The notes beneath the pieces were generated by a model that saw only the letters and a program-made list of their open reading frames with translations, was not told the origin of the DNA and did not search any database. The position numbers and the translations under genes were made by a program. A stretch of 22,299 bases of DNA from Myxococcota bacterium. GTDB taxonomy: Bacteria > Myxococcota > SpSt-1050. Location of the stretch: contig JBMFOP010000053.1 of the NCBI GenBank assembly GCA_049969675.1, positions 1-22,299 of the forward strand, written 5' to 3'. Of this stretch, positions 1-9,330 are shown piece by piece. Positions within the stretch are counted from its first letter, which is position 1. Each line of letters opens with the position of its first letter.

Positions 1-113
1 GATAGAAAAAAACAGACCATCATATTACTTAAAAATTGGGAAGTTAGGGGTTAAGATGTTGTCCTGCTGACAAATTGCCAGCCATAAAGTGCCAGATACT
101 CTGTATTTCCAGA

Positions 114-1472
114 TTATGTACGGGTTGAGTGTTGTCCCTCAATCCATCTATTGTAGAGATACATACTTATTACCGAGGCAAATCCGATTAGCATCAATAC
201 AAGCCATCCCTTTATCGCATTCTCGGGATTGAGTTTTAAGAGTCCATTTTCAAGTTTTACTGCATCTTTGCACATAATCTCATTGAATATAGCCGCTCCA
301 ACAGGTCCTCCCAGAAGCGCTCCAATAGCCATTGGCAGATTTGCATAACCCAAGAACAGCCCTTCCTGACCTTTGGGGGCAAGCGCCCCAATATATTCAT
401 AGGTGCGGGCTGAGGCAAAGATTTCCCCCAGGGCAATCAATGCAACCGTCATCACAATAAATAAGGAGCCAATCGGTAGAAGTGAGAAGACCTCTTTATA
501 TACCCCACCCTCAAGCAATAAAGGGATTACATTGATTATCATTGATAGACTTATGATAATTATGCCGACAATAATTGACCTTATAGGTTTCATCTTTCCA
601 AAGAGCCTTGTAATCAGTAACTGAAAGAAGACTATAACAAATGGGTTTGCCATAGTATAGATATCTACAGGTGGATCTGTCTCAACGGTCTTCTTTAGAT
701 AGAGTGGAAGGACATTATAGACCTGAGCATATAAGAAGAAGAAGCCACTTGAGACGAGTAGAAATAGAGCGAATCTTACATTCTTTAATACAAGCACCAT
801 ATTTACAAGAATCTCTTTTATACTCTTTGGGGGTTTATCATTTTTTATACCGAGCTCCTTTTCAGGGTCGTTATAGAGCAGCAGAACAACCAGCAATGCT
901 ACTATAGAACAGACCGCTGCAACTACAAATATGTAGGTAAGCGAAGATTCTGTCCTCACATAATATGCTACTCCCCTTCCGGTTAGAGAGCCAATATTAA
1001 TTACCATATAAAAGATAGCAAAGGCTAAAGTCGCCTTCCCGGATGAAGTCTTTTGAACCGTACCTGAAATGCAGGGCTTTACAAAAGAACCACCAATGCC
1101 TATTAATAAAATAGAGAGAATTACTGGCAGTATTACCTGCATACCGGCGCTAATCTCCTTCTCTATAAATGGATTTAATTTACTACCCATCACAAAGACC
1201 GGGACGCTCATCATAAAATAACCTATAAAGAGCAGAACAAATGCGAGTATAAGTGCCTTCTTAAATCCTATCTGGTCCGCAATAGTTCCAGATAGAACAG
1301 GGAGGAAATATACAAGTGTCCAGAGTATACCATTTAGAGTACTTGGCCAGTAATCCCCAAGCCCGAGTTGTCCCAGATAGATGACCACAAAGCTCGCCAT
1401 AGAATAATATGCCGCCCTCTCAAAGAGCTCTGTTATATTTGCGGTCCAGAATGACCTCGGGAAACCACTCAT
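114..1472 (-). CDS. MFS transporter, POT/PTR (proton-dependent oligopeptide) family-like
   Basis: ELFERAAYY (ExxERFxYY-like POT motif), GTIADQIGFKK MFS loop, GGSFVKPCIS and FAIFYMVINIGS motifs, many hydrophobic helices. Start moved to the ATG at 1472 (MSGFPRS), which follows a CAGGGGGT RBS-like stretch. Confidence 0.85.
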   Translation of the reverse strand: MSGFPRSFWTANITELFERAAYYSMASFVVIYLGQLGLGDYWPSTLNGILWTLVYFLPVLSGTIADQIGFKKALILAFVLLFIGYFMMSVPVFVMGSKLNPFIEKEISAGMQVILPVILSILLIGIGGSFVKPCISGTVQKTSSGKATLAFAIFYMVINIGSLTGRGVAYYVRTESSLTYIFVVAAVCSIVALLVVLLLYNDPEKELGIKNDKPPKSIKEILVNMVLVLKNVRFALFLLVSSGFFFLYAQVYNVLPLYLKKTVETDPPVDIYTMANPFVIVFFQLLITRLFGKMKPIRSIIVGIIIISLSMIINVIPLLLEGGVYKEVFSLLPIGSLFIVMTVALIALGEIFASARTYEYIGALAPKGQEGLFLGYANLPMAIGALLGGPVGAAIFNEIMCKDAVKLENGLLKLNPENAIKGWLVLMLIGFASVISMYLYNRWIEGQHSTRT

Positions 1473-2002
1473 AAAGACCCCCTGAATGTGGTAGTAGTAA
1501 AATAAAAACATATATAAACCATTTTGCAAATCAAATATGGAGGTGAAGAGAACTATTATCTCTTTTCAAATCTGTCCAAAATAATTTTTTTTGATATGGG
1601 AGCCTCGGTAGGGTAAAATTATTTTATCAAACAAAAAACCTGAGATGAGGATTCCTATAAGTAAGTATAGCAGCATTTCTGGACAAATCTATGATTGGCG
1701 TAAGCAAATTATACAGATATTTTCAAAGAATATGTTTTATAAGTTGAGAGATAAATGCAGACAGAGATAGGGGAATTTGTGGCAATGTTATTTTGCCAAT
1801 CAGGACTGGCTTATTCATTAAGTGGATTTCCCCCATCAATTAGGGCGAATATCTGAAGTTTCGTTCTACATTTGTGTGGTCATTGAGCAATCTTGTAGCA
1901 ATACTTATGTATAATCTCTTTACATACAGTGATCTATGATAAAACCATTTAAGACTTATCCATAGTGGCATAGATGCAGAGCAACAAACATTAAAGGGAA
2001 AT

Positions 2003-2026
2003 AAAAGAGCAGGGGGTTACCCTGCC
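2003..2026 (-). terminator. Probable intrinsic terminator of the Cys-rich lipoprotein gene
   Basis: Minus strand GCAGGG-TAACC-CCCTGC followed by TCTTTTATTT, about 30 nt after the stop at 2054. Confidence 0.6.
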
Positions 2027-2053
2027 TTAATTATCCTCTTATAAAATTATCCT

Positions 2054-3781
2054 TTAAGGAGTTACGCATTTACTATTCTGGCAGACCTCACCGCATCTGC
2101 ATTCAGAATTCTTTGTACATCCATTTAGAAGGACTGGAGAGCATTTACCTGAGACACAATAAGGAGTTTCAGCGGGACAATCACAGCCGTCGTTGCAGCC
2201 CAGCACACAAAATCCATTATTTGAGCAGTAATTCCCACAGGGGCAATCATTATCTATAATACATCTATTTGTGGTTCTTGGCTGACAGAGGTTGTTTTTA
2301 CAGATGAGTGGAGGATTCTGCATCTGAGGACAATCACAGGAGAATTTACACCTCTGAGCCAGAACGCACTGGAAGTTCTGACAGAGGTAGTTGCAGGGAC
2401 AGTCATTGTTGTCAAAACAGGCATTGTCAGATTTTGGTGTACAGATATTGCCTTTGCATATCTCCTTCTCATTGCAGTCACAGGCATCAAGACACCTTGT
2501 AACCTCTTTACAGACGCCTTCTACACAGGACTGTTCACAGGGGCATTCTTTATCAGATACACATTTATCCGGTATCTTTGAACATATCATATTGATACAG
2601 GACGGCTTTGTCGGGTCCTTACAGTCGCAGGAGCTGTCACATACATCTGTTGCCTTCTGACAGGTACCATTGACACAGACTTCCATACAGGGGCAATTTC
2701 TGTCGTCGTTTCCGCAGTTGGGAGTTGGGAGCCTCCCGCAGTTCCCGTTTATACATATGGGGTTATCTTCTGGACAATCACAATTGGTTTCACACCCCTT
2801 CTGACAGGTATATTGGAACTGCCCTTTTACGCAGTGCTGGCCACAGGGACAGGGCTCATTTTTGCAGTCGCTTGTTGACTTATCCTTACAAACACCATTT
2901 ACACATATCTGATTTACCTTACAATCACAACTTGTAGTACACTTAGAATTACCCTCGGCACAGAGATTTCCTACGCAATAACTGCCACAAGGGCAGAGGT
3001 TGTTATTGTTATTGCAGCCGACCAATACTGGGTCGTCGCATATACCATTTACACAGAGTGGTTTATCCTGTGGACAATCACAGGGGTCCTTGCAATATGT
3101 CTTGCAGAGGCTTAAAGGGTCATCAACACATTTATATTCTGGTGCACAATTATCGTAAGAGATTAATCCATCGCAATCTGAATACCATCCTTCTGAACGT
3201 GTCCCATAGCTGTCACAGAAGACCTTACAATCTTTACAGATTGCAAATCTGATCAGATTTCCATCACAATCATACCAACCCTCACTCTTTGTCCCAATCT
3301 TATCACATTTCGGCATACACCCCTTATATTCACAGACACACTCCACCACTGTTGAACCTGATGGGCAGGTAAAGAGCTTCTCATCCCCAACTTTACAGTA
3401 GACCGCTCCCGCATCAGTTGGACTGACATCTGTACCACCATCTATACTCACCACATCCTCACTGCCCTCATCAATAAACTCTCCATCGGCTGTAACAGTG
3501 TCCTCAACTGACCCATCCACCACCTCTCCATCTGGAGTTACTGAAATATCTGATGGGACATCTACAATACTGATTTCATCTCTTATAATGACATCTGATA
3601 TTTCTCCATCTGAATAAGTATCAGTATGACCTGTTGAATCTTTGATGACATCAGCGACATTGATATCCAGTAGTGTAACATCCGTGTTGTTCCCGGAAGA
3701 CTCCGAGACTGTGCTCCCACATCCATTGTATATTACTACCATCAATAGAATCAGGAAAACAGGAAGAATCTTTCTAATCAT
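2054..3781 (-). CDS. Secreted cysteine-rich repeat lipoprotein of unknown function
   Basis: Signal peptide ending in YNGC (lipobox-like), Asp/Val/Ser-rich linker, two GT[KR]SEGWY modules, then 14 five-Cys repeats. GGAGG RBS just upstream. Confidence 0.8.
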   Translation of the reverse strand: MIRKILPVFLILLMVVIYNGCGSTVSESSGNNTDVTLLDINVADVIKDSTGHTDTYSDGEISDVIIRDEISIVDVPSDISVTPDGEVVDGSVEDTVTADGEFIDEGSEDVVSIDGGTDVSPTDAGAVYCKVGDEKLFTCPSGSTVVECVCEYKGCMPKCDKIGTKSEGWYDCDGNLIRFAICKDCKVFCDSYGTRSEGWYSDCDGLISYDNCAPEYKCVDDPLSLCKTYCKDPCDCPQDKPLCVNGICDDPVLVGCNNNNNLCPCGSYCVGNLCAEGNSKCTTSCDCKVNQICVNGVCKDKSTSDCKNEPCPCGQHCVKGQFQYTCQKGCETNCDCPEDNPICINGNCGRLPTPNCGNDDRNCPCMEVCVNGTCQKATDVCDSSCDCKDPTKPSCINMICSKIPDKCVSDKECPCEQSCVEGVCKEVTRCLDACDCNEKEICKGNICTPKSDNACFDNNDCPCNYLCQNFQCVLAQRCKFSCDCPQMQNPPLICKNNLCQPRTTNRCIIDNDCPCGNYCSNNGFCVLGCNDGCDCPAETPYCVSGKCSPVLLNGCTKNSECRCGEVCQNSKCVTP

Positions 3782-3818
3782 CTTAAAACCTCCTCTTTCA
3801 GGTTAAACTTCAGTAAAT

Positions 3819-3846
3819 ATTTTATCATATATTTTTATTAATGCAA
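3819..3846 (-). promoter_or_regulatory. Putative sigma70 promoter for the Cys-rich lipoprotein gene
   Basis: Minus strand TTGCAT-16 nt-TAAAAT with an extended -10 TG. Confidence 0.5.
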
Positions 3847-3893
3847 ATTTTAAATTTGCTATTTGACAGGATATACAATAATAGTGAAATCCT

Positions 3894-5000
3894 ATGAGAA
3901 TTGCACTAATCCATGAATGGATATCAGATTTAGGTGGCTCTGAGAAGGTTCTTAAAGAAATACTCTCATTATTTCCAGATTATCATCTATTTACCCTATT
4001 TTTCAGAAAGGAGAGCCTTTACAGGCTCGGCATTGATGAGAGCAGGGTTACAGCGAGCTTTCTAAATAAAATAAGAGGTATCTCAAAGATATATCGCTCA
4101 CTCCTGCCGATCTTTCCAACTGCAATAGAGAGTCTGAATATATCTGATTATGATGTAATTTTCTCTTCCAGCCATATAGCCGCAAAGGGTGTCATACCAA
4201 AGCCATATCAGATTCATATCTGCTACTGTCATACGCCTGCAAGATATCTCTGGGATATGTCAAATGAATATCTGAAGATGAGGGGACTTGATAGAGCCCC
4301 TTTCTCAATAATATCTCATACGGCACTCAACTACTTAAGGCTCTGGGATGTCTCTACCTCAAACAGGGTTGATTACTTTATTGCAAATTCTGAATATACA
4401 AAGAGGAGAATTAAAAAGTATTACAATAGAGACGCCGTCGTCATTCATCCACCAGTGGAGATAGAGAGATTTTACTCATCTCCAAAGGGCGATTATTTCC
4501 TCTTCCTCTCCCGTCTTGTCCCGTACAAGAGGTGCGACCTTGCCGTAAAGGTGTTCTCAGAGATTAAGGACCGCCTTATTGTGATAGGAGATGGACCGGA
4601 GAAGAAGAGGCTGATGAAGATGGCTACAAAGAATGTTAAATTTACAGGATATCTTGATGACGAAGAGGTCAGAAGATATCTATCCGGTGCAAGGGCACTT
4701 ATATATCCCTCTGAAGAGGACTTTGGTATCACAATGGTGGAGGCACTCGCCTCCGGGACACCTGTCATTGCCTTTGCAAGGGGCGGAGCCTCAGAGATAG
4801 TAAGAGATATCAGAGGTTCTGATTTTCCTACTGGAATACTCTTTGAAGAGCAGAGTGTCAGTTCCATAATAGAGGCAATAGAGATATTTAAGAAGAATGA
4901 GGGGCTTTTCAAAACAGATGTCCTTATTGATGCCTCAAAGAGATTTGCAAAGCAGATATTTGATGAAAAGATTCTACAATTTATGAAGAATATAAGATGA
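3894..5000 (+). CDS. Glycosyltransferase family 4 (WbaZ-like)
   Basis: MRIALIHEW..GGSEKV N-terminus, HICYCHTPARYLWD, SRLVPYKR, and the GT4 signature EEDFGITMVEALASGTPVIAF. Confidence 0.92.
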   Translation: MRIALIHEWISDLGGSEKVLKEILSLFPDYHLFTLFFRKESLYRLGIDESRVTASFLNKIRGISKIYRSLLPIFPTAIESLNISDYDVIFSSSHIAAKGVIPKPYQIHICYCHTPARYLWDMSNEYLKMRGLDRAPFSIISHTALNYLRLWDVSTSNRVDYFIANSEYTKRRIKKYYNRDAVVIHPPVEIERFYSSPKGDYFLFLSRLVPYKRCDLAVKVFSEIKDRLIVIGDGPEKKRLMKMATKNVKFTGYLDDEEVRRYLSGARALIYPSEEDFGITMVEALASGTPVIAFARGGASEIVRDIRGSDFPTGILFEEQSVSSIIEAIEIFKKNEGLFKTDVLIDASKRFAKQIFDEKILQFMKNIR

Positions 5001-6214
5001 TAAAGCCCTATCTTGTAATCTCGCTCGGAATATTCATTATATCTCTCAGTATTACAATAGTTGGAGTGGAGATATCACTCTTTTTATTACTTACATTTGT
5101 TCTAACAAGATATATCTCAAAGAATGATTTAAGTCTTAATCAGCCACTCTTTAAAGAGACCATACTTATTCCGCTGTATGCAATAATATCTGTATTCTTC
5201 TCCTGTGAAACAGTAACATCTCCTATGAATTTCTCCTCTTTCTGGGTCTTTCTTTCATATCCTGTTTTATACTATACAATCAGCAATGCTGATTTCAGAT
5301 ACATTGAGAGGGCAATGAATATCTCAATAATTGTCTCAGTAATTTTATCCATCTACGCCATTATACAGCACTTTACCGGGCTGAACCTCTTTGGAAATAT
5401 CGTGAGGCACTCCCCTGATGGGATCAGATATCTCTCAACCGCCCACTTTAATAAGCATTCTACATTTGCATTCACAACCACATTTATACTTTCATATACA
5501 ATAATAAGAATTCTTGTGCATCAGATATCAATTAGAGAGAAGTTCTTACTGATGGTTGCCTCCGTAATAATGCTTTACGCCGTTCTCTTCTCCTATGTGA
5601 GGGCGCCCATTATTACTGCCATTGCAGCCGCATCTCTAATATTATTTTTCGTCAGGAAAAAGTATATTATCTATCCATTTATAGTGGTTTTACTGTTTTT
5701 GACAACCATGTATATACTCAGCCCCTCCGTAATAACCAAGTATGTGGAGAGCATATCTGCTCAATCCGAATCGGGATGGCAACGACTATTTATTTATAAA
5801 AGGACACTTGAGATGCTTTCAGACAACAACGGGAGCGGTATAGGTTTTGGGAATTTTAATTATTATACCTATATATATTTTGACAACTTCTACAGGGATT
5901 TTCAGGTGAGGTGCCATTCACACAATCTATATCTACAATATCTTACAGAGATGGGAGTTATAGGCTTTATACTCATTTTGCTCTTTATATTTAATTTTTC
6001 ATTGAAAAGTTTTGAAATAAGAAGAAGGATTTTAGATAAAAGAGAATTTTCATTTTATCTATGGGGGAATAGCGTCTTTATAATTATTGTCCTTTCAAGT
6101 CTTATGCAGTGTTCAATATACGATGGACATATAGCCTTCTACTTCTTTTTTGCAATAGCGATAGTGATGAACCTGTATCAAAAGTATCAGGAGATACCAA
6201 AAGATTCGGATTGA
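4997..6214 (+). CDS. O-antigen ligase / Wzy_C family membrane protein
   Basis: Polytopic membrane protein with SYVRA, S..QRLFIY, GIGFGNF and HSHNLYLQYLTEMGVIG motifs. ATGA overlap with the GT4 gene. Confidence 0.85.
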   Translation: MIKPYLVISLGIFIISLSITIVGVEISLFLLLTFVLTRYISKNDLSLNQPLFKETILIPLYAIISVFFSCETVTSPMNFSSFWVFLSYPVLYYTISNADFRYIERAMNISIIVSVILSIYAIIQHFTGLNLFGNIVRHSPDGIRYLSTAHFNKHSTFAFTTTFILSYTIIRILVHQISIREKFLLMVASVIMLYAVLFSYVRAPIITAIAAASLILFFVRKKYIIYPFIVVLLFLTTMYILSPSVITKYVESISAQSESGWQRLFIYKRTLEMLSDNNGSGIGFGNFNYYTYIYFDNFYRDFQVRCHSHNLYLQYLTEMGVIGFILILLFIFNFSLKSFEIRRRILDKREFSFYLWGNSVFIIIVLSSLMQCSIYDGHIAFYFFFAIAIVMNLYQKYQEIPKDSD

Positions 6215-6215
6215 T

Positions 6216-6935
6216 TTATTGCGCATTCAGGCTCTCCCTGAATCTATGCAATTTCTCCATCACATTCTTATTAACCATCGGTCCGTGACCTGAGCAGATA
6301 ATATCTACCGGAGGTGGGTCCTGAAGAAATCTATACAACCTTTTATGACATTCAATTACATCATTTGAATACTGCTTTACTGCCGCGAATAGCTGCTCCT
6401 TCCTACCTATTGCAGGTATTCCGGTGAATAATACATCCCCGGAAAATAATATTCTTAAAGGTTTATGATATATAAATACCGAACCCTCTGTATGTCCAAA
6501 CATCTCAAATATCTCAAAATCATTATCCACAAAATCTTCAAAAGGTAGTGCAGTTCTGCATTTAGCCGGTTTCTTATTTTCAAAGATGATCAGGATATCA
6601 TCGTAGAACTCTCCTATCCCATAAGGGATCTTCGGAGGTCTTTTATCCCCTCTCAGATATGGTAGATCATTCCTGTGACAATATACCGGAATATCAAATT
6701 TCCTTGAGAGCAGTTCTGCATTTGCGGCGTGATCCGAGTGCCTGTGGGTGAGCAAAATCGCCCTTAAGTCCTTCGCCTGCCTTACTCCATAATATCTAAG
6801 ACTCAACAATATTGCAGGGAGTTCCGCTGTATGCCCTGAATCTATCAGGTATCTATCTCCCCTCTGTGTTGTAAAGAGCCACACATTTGAGATTATAGTT
6901 CTAAGTCTCTTTATCTGGAATCTCCCTCTCACCAT
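6216..6935 (-). CDS. Metallo-beta-lactamase-fold hydrolase
   Basis: LIDSG, THRHSDHA (HxHxDH), GHTEGS, LFSGD and SGHG motifs. Confidence 0.9.
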   Translation of the reverse strand: MVRGRFQIKRLRTIISNVWLFTTQRGDRYLIDSGHTAELPAILLSLRYYGVRQAKDLRAILLTHRHSDHAANAELLSRKFDIPVYCHRNDLPYLRGDKRPPKIPYGIGEFYDDILIIFENKKPAKCRTALPFEDFVDNDFEIFEMFGHTEGSVFIYHKPLRILFSGDVLFTGIPAIGRKEQLFAAVKQYSNDVIECHKRLYRFLQDPPPVDIICSGHGPMVNKNVMEKLHRFRESLNAQ

Positions 6936-8524
6936 CTTGACCTGTCCTTTACTATGTCACAATCTACAACCCTTGGACCATTTTTGGACTTGAATGGTGA
7001 GAAGCAATATTCAAAGACATAGAACATATCCTCAATATTTACCTTACCATTCTCAGAAGAGGGACTATAAGGGTACTGCCCATCTGGAATTGAGCTATCC
7101 CACAGATCCCAGTATTGCCATTTGAGGTAATCATCAATAGATTTGCTGTACTGTGTGTGAATCAATCTTACCTCACTATTCTTTAGCGGAACTCCCTGAG
7201 ATGCCGCCTTAAAGAGGTATGCTGCCATATCTCCGGGAAATTCTGGCCTGTCCTTAAAATCAGTATCTTTCATAGCCATATAGGTGTCAATTCTATCAAT
7301 AATGCCCAGAGTCAGATATTTTGCCGCCCTATCCTGCCTCTTTATCAGGGAGAAAAGTTGTGAGTCCAGATGGAAGTTGCTCACTATCTCCAGATTGTAA
7401 TAGTGACTCTCTACTGCCGCCTTCTCATAGGCATTAATTCCACCATTCCTGCAATTTATCCCCTTCGGGTCACTGTACGCAATAAGTGTTGTGGCGAGTT
7501 TTGCATTGCACTCTGCATATTTGTCCATAAATTCGTATGTCACAAAGCTTGCTAAATCCTCGGTTGGGATATATACCTTACCATCTTTATCTTTGGTCCG
7601 TATATAATATCCAGAGTCTACAATATCCTTTGTAAATCCCCGTATGTAATAGTGCGTCTCTTCAGCCACTCTCCTTAAATCCTCACTCTTTGCCATCTCC
7701 TCCATATACATTACATAGGCGGTGGCACGATAGATATGCGGAACATCGTCCTTGGAACGCATATTTGTTACCCATACATCTCCCCAGAATGGATTGTGCT
7801 TATATTCAAATCTCTGTGCATTCCAGCTCTCATAGGCATAATACCAATCTTTATAATCAATTACCTTTTTCTTGTTTCCTTCTATTGTATAACTGTGATT
7901 AAATGTAACAATATTTCTGGACATAATGAATTGATATGGGTCATTTTCATCATAGACCATTCCCTTCATAAAAGCCATAAGCCCCTTCATATATTGGTCG
8001 GCGATAAATCCCATCTCCTCATCACCCGTTAAAAGATATCCAGCAATCATCTGCCCCAGCACCTTCGTGGTCGGAATGGATGTATTGTGCGCACCCCCCC
8101 GACTCCCGTGATGCCAGATGACGGTATCACCTTCTTTGATTGGGTCAACATCGTGCCACCAGATGGCATAATCGGGATATCCAGTAGATTTATGAACCCC
8201 ATGGCTGATTCTATTCAGCCACTTCCCAAACTCCACAGTCTTATAGAAGTTCATCAACTTCTTTGTAAACTCTGTAATCTCCTCATCAGTCAATGGCTCA
8301 CCCTCATTTTGCCTCTCTATTTCAAATGGAAGGCTTTTGGGCAGACCTGCATCCACATCCATTGAGGCATCAACAAGTTCAATATCTTCAAGAGTAGAAT
8401 CCACAATTGAATCCGTTGAATCCACATCTGTTATAACCCCACCAGTATCCCGCTCGCTACACTGATAAAGTGGAAATAACAGAAATAACAAAAAGAGAAT
8501 TGAAAAGTTCTTTAAGTATGTCAT
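6929..8524 (-). CDS. Hypothetical secreted lipoprotein
   Basis: 531-aa ORF with an AGGAG RBS, a hydrophobic signal ending in LYQC, an acidic D-rich linker and an aromatic-rich globular domain that I do not recognise. Confidence 0.7.
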   Translation of the reverse strand: MTYLKNFSILFLLFLLFPLYQCSERDTGGVITDVDSTDSIVDSTLEDIELVDASMDVDAGLPKSLPFEIERQNEGEPLTDEEITEFTKKLMNFYKTVEFGKWLNRISHGVHKSTGYPDYAIWWHDVDPIKEGDTVIWHHGSRGGAHNTSIPTTKVLGQMIAGYLLTGDEEMGFIADQYMKGLMAFMKGMVYDENDPYQFIMSRNIVTFNHSYTIEGNKKKVIDYKDWYYAYESWNAQRFEYKHNPFWGDVWVTNMRSKDDVPHIYRATAYVMYMEEMAKSEDLRRVAEETHYYIRGFTKDIVDSGYYIRTKDKDGKVYIPTEDLASFVTYEFMDKYAECNAKLATTLIAYSDPKGINCRNGGINAYEKAAVESHYYNLEIVSNFHLDSQLFSLIKRQDRAAKYLTLGIIDRIDTYMAMKDTDFKDRPEFPGDMAAYLFKAASQGVPLKNSEVRLIHTQYSKSIDDYLKWQYWDLWDSSIPDGQYPYSPSSENGKVNIEDMFYVFEYCFSPFKSKNGPRVVDCDIVKDRSRW

Positions 8525-8675
8525 AGAATTACTCCTTCAAAATAAAGCCGGTCTTAATTCAATATTTTACGAGAGAGTCTCTGGCTCCACAAAATTTAAT
8601 TGCACTCTCCCTCCTGAGCGGGCAAGGGTGTTAATATGAGAAGTTGTGTAAAGAGAATGAATGTAAAAAAGTATT

Positions 8676-9065
8676 TCATTCTAACTTTATAAGGTTATTT
8701 ACTCTAAAGTCCGAGATTATCCCGGTGGATTCAAGCTGGTCGATAAAAGTTATATACTCTTCAAGGGTCTTCTTTGCAGCCGTTGGAACCGCCACAAAGA
8801 GAATCCCTATCCCGCTCTTCTTTTCATCCTCATCCTTTGACACACGACTGATCTCTCCTATTATTTTTATCTGCTCCCGTGCAGTGGTACCGGGCAATAT
8901 AAATGATAGATAGACCTTCTCTCCTACTTTGGGTGTTGACCTGAGATTGATAAAGATTCCACCACTTGAGACATCTACAGCCTGTGCAACACCCGAGACC
9001 TCTCCGATTGTGTATTTAACCTGAAATCCAACCGGGATTCTCTTAAATTTTCTCTTTTCTGTCAT
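8676..9065 (-). CDS. PilZ-domain c-di-GMP receptor protein (myxobacterial TIGR02266-like)
   Basis: RKFKR (RxxxR) and DVSSGG (DxSxxG) motifs, GIGILF strand, AGAGGGG RBS. Confidence 0.88.
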   Translation of the reverse strand: MTEKRKFKRIPVGFQVKYTIGEVSGVAQAVDVSSGGIFINLRSTPKVGEKVYLSFILPGTTAREQIKIIGEISRVSKDEDEKKSGIGILFVAVPTAAKKTLEEYITFIDQLESTGIISDFRVNNLIKLE

Positions 9066-9085
9066 CTGTTCCCCTCTACTTAAAG

Positions 9086-9161
9086 CGCCCCCGACAGGAG
9101 TCGAACCTGCGGCTGACAGGGATTAGGAATCCCTCGCTCTATCCATCTGAGCTACGGGGGC
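9086..9161 (-). tRNA. tRNA-Arg (anticodon CCT), no encoded CCA
   Basis: Minus strand folds as GCCCCCG TA GCTC AGATGGATA GAGC G AGGGA TTCCTAA TCCCT GTCAGCC GCAGG TTCGACT CCTGT CGGGGGC G. Confidence 0.95.
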
Positions 9162-9173
9162 GCAACTCAATTT

Positions 9174-9202
9174 AAGATAGAACCAAATTACAATTATGTC
9201 AA
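9174..9202 (-). promoter_or_regulatory. Sigma70 promoter of tRNA-Arg (and probably the PilZ gene)
   Basis: Minus strand TTGACA-17 nt-TATCTT, 12 nt upstream of the tRNA 5' end. Confidence 0.75.
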
Positions 9203-9330
9203 GTTTGGGGAGATGACTTATTGAATTTCTCTTTTCTTAAAAAATACTTTGGTTGATTGGACTATATCCCCATAATGTCGTATATACGATAAAGATAAAT
9301 ATGATATCATATAATCAGGAGGTGATAAGT

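Noticed and set aside
1..54. Possible 3' end of a plus-strand CDS (DRKKQTIILLKNWEVRG*)
   Set aside because: Too short to support without the upstream sequence.
1568..1690. Imperfect inverted repeats (AAATCTGTCCAAAAT / ATTTCTGGACAAATCT) suggesting a MITE in the 580-bp intergenic gap
   Set aside because: Several mismatches, AT-rich context, no clear target duplication and no second copy in the window.
8603..8630. GC-rich imperfect hairpin downstream of the PilZ gene
   Set aside because: Stem is interrupted and has no adjacent U-tract, so it cannot be called a terminator or REP element.
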